DNA of 64,000 bases. Origin: Raillietiella orientalis (lineage: Eukaryota). Below, in pieces: positions 61,956 through 64,000 of this stretch (its first letter is position 1; every line of letters begins with the position of its first letter). The notes under the pieces are model-generated. The model worked only from the letters and a program-made list of their open reading frames with translations, was not told the DNA's origin and searched no databases. Where the stretch lies: positions 434,001 to 498,000 of the forward strand of contig JAYWIR010000035.1 of NCBI GenBank assembly GCA_036172245.1, given 5' to 3'. The translations under genes and the position numbers were made by a program.

Positions 61956-64000
61956 CCCTGGCATGACCGGGTAGAAGTCGGGGACAACCGGGGTGGAGAT
62001 CCCTCCCCAGGAGTGAGAAAAAACGAACTCCGGAGCCCTTCCTGGATCCATAGTGTGTTCCCCTTCCGGGGCTACCCCCTGTCTCGAAGAGTGAGCGCGC
62101 ACCCTCGGGTGGCATGGAGCAGCGTCAAAGAGCCGCGTGAACAGCCAGCTGCACGATGGTTCTTGAGCGTTCTTCAGCGAGCCGAAAAAGAAGAAGAAAA
62201 AAGCTGGAAGGAAAACAGAGAAGGCAGAAAAGATCCCTGAGGGATTTTTTATCAAATTGTCCGGCTGGTGAAAGACTTTCCACCAACCAGACAGCAGAAA
62301 CCTCAAACGCCTTCCCCAAGCAGCAGCAGCGCATGAGGTAGTTCGCTGCTGCGCCTCCAGGTGGAATTTCTTCCATCTCGGGTGCGTGCGAGTGGTGCTA
62401 GGAGGAAGCTCCCCACAGTGGTGTCGGAGGGCGTTGCCAGCGCCCCAGCAGGGCAAGAAGACCGTCAGCTCCAGCTCCCCTACTTCTGCCGATTCGTAGG
62501 ATCCGATTATTCCCGAGATGTCAGGACAAATCGAGTCACTGCCATTTCATTACAATGGAACCACCAACATTTATGATTATTATTGCATGCATCGCCCCTC
62601 CTCCCCTAAAAAAAAAAAGGTAATAATAATAATGATGGGACCGTGACGAAATACAGGCACATTGCAGTTACACGCCTTTCTTTCTTTCCCCATCCACAAA
62701 TCTCAGGAATACCTAATGATTGCTTATTAATTGGAAATTGGAAGGGAAAAATGTAAACAAGAGTGTAGTTCCACGATGGCAATAGGCGAAGCGCCATCAT
62801 GAATAATTAATGTAAAGTGATTTCAAATGGGAGCTCCGAAGGGGATTGCTTGCTCCAAGGGGTCACGTGACTTGAATGCATACTGATGCCTGTGTGACAC
62901 GCAGTTCGCATCTTGGGGATCAGCCGTCATTTTTTTCACCCCTTAATTCGATGCATAGCAATGCCGCGTGATAGATGGTCCCCCTCCTTGATTCCCGGTG
63001 CTCTGATTGCGGGCCGGGACAAGCAGCTGGGGTCAGCGCGAACCTCGGGCGGCGGGATCTTGAGGTGCGTCGCGACGCGCCTTTTTCTTCCTGTTCGGCG
63101 AGTGCGGTTGTGCCATCTGCAAAAACCGGGAACCCCCGCACCGCCTGCCTTTTCTCAGCTGCGATTTGAAAAGGAGCGTTCGTGCGACCCGTTCGGAAGG
63201 GAAAGACGAAACTTTGGGGGAAGGAAGCTGGAAGTTTTATGGCTTCGTCCGCATGGGTTAGGAAGGAAATTCATCCCGCCGCCAGCCACGGCGGAAACTC
63301 CGTGGAAGATGCGCTCCCTCGAGTTCTCCACCCTGCGGTTCTCTCCCTGCCCAACCAACCATCCTCGAACGATCTTTCGATAAGTACCTTCTTAGCGAGC
63401 TTTACCGAGGAGTTCTTGCGTTCGTGGCGCAAGGAAAGTCCCTCTAAGTTCGCCTGCTCCTCCGAGTTCGTCCTCCTGCTTTGGTTCCTCTTTCTTCTCT
63501 GCCCTGATCCAAACCCACTGCCCTTGCGACTCGCTAGGTGCATTTTCCCGCTTTATCCACGTTCTCGTGCAATGCGTCCTAAAACCTGCTGGTGAGCGGC
63601 ATCGCTCTTTTTTTTTTTTTTTGTTTTCGCCAAGAGTAGTAAACGTAAAACAACAACGGAGGATAATTAATCAAAGCGGCGAGAAACACATCTGGCAAGA
63701 ATTTTAATTCCGAATAATTCGAGAGCCTTTGACTCTTGAAAAGGATGCGGCAGCCGTTTCGGGATGAGGGAATGCAAATGTGTGTTTTCAATATCCCAGT
63801 CGGCACATTTCGCACGGCGAGAGGGAGAGAAACTTTCGTACTGAACCGGAATTGGATGCTGCCGCTTATCGGATGGAGCAGGAATTTCCGTGCCTGCCGA
63901 GGGGGAGGAACCTCTAATTTACTAATTGGGCATGGCATATCATTCACATTCGCTTCGTCTTTTTTCTCTCGGTGGATTCGCCGAGCCTTACTAATTGGTC

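Noticed and set aside
44888..63947. Many overlapping 100-340 aa ORFs, for example 50703-51719 and 60394-61407
   Set aside because: These are expected in GC-rich DNA. They have no coherent domain on their own frame and are mostly antisense or off-frame to LINE relics.
1..64000. tRNA, rRNA, snRNA or tRNA-derived SINEs
   Set aside because: The isolated GGTTCGA matches (for example ~9438, ~51647, ~52739, ~56233) lack a cloverleaf or A-box context. A covariance-model scan would be needed to exclude them fully.

Overview
Eukaryotic, most likely arthropod, genomic DNA (inferred from the gene set and intron style; the species cannot be determined). I reconstructed four host genes by hand with GT-AG splicing. 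(1) The 3' part of an OATP/SLCO transporter (+, 8 exons, 2612-14652; start lies upstream of the window). (2) A complete UGGT (-, 22 exons, 1514 aa) ending in an HTEL ER-retrieval micro-exon. (3) A complete M3/oligopeptidase-A-like gene (+, 13 exons, 721 aa) that has lost all zinc ligands and has a mitochondrial-presequence-like exon 1. (4) An intronless SBK/meng-po-like kinase (-) with a degenerate catalytic loop. Most introns are 39-64 nt, but a few are several kb and full of transposon relics. The rest of the window is decayed transposons: several hAT DNA-transposon relics in the AT-rich core (23-35 kb), and many L1/Tx1-like LINE relics that fill the OATP introns and form a GC- and CpG-rich block from about 43.5 kb to the end. 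Two LINE copies share a conserved structured element just past ORF2 and appear to run head-to-tail into the next copy. I found no prokaryotic-type system, CRISPR array, tRNA or rRNA. All relic assignments come from motif recognition by eye, not from searches.
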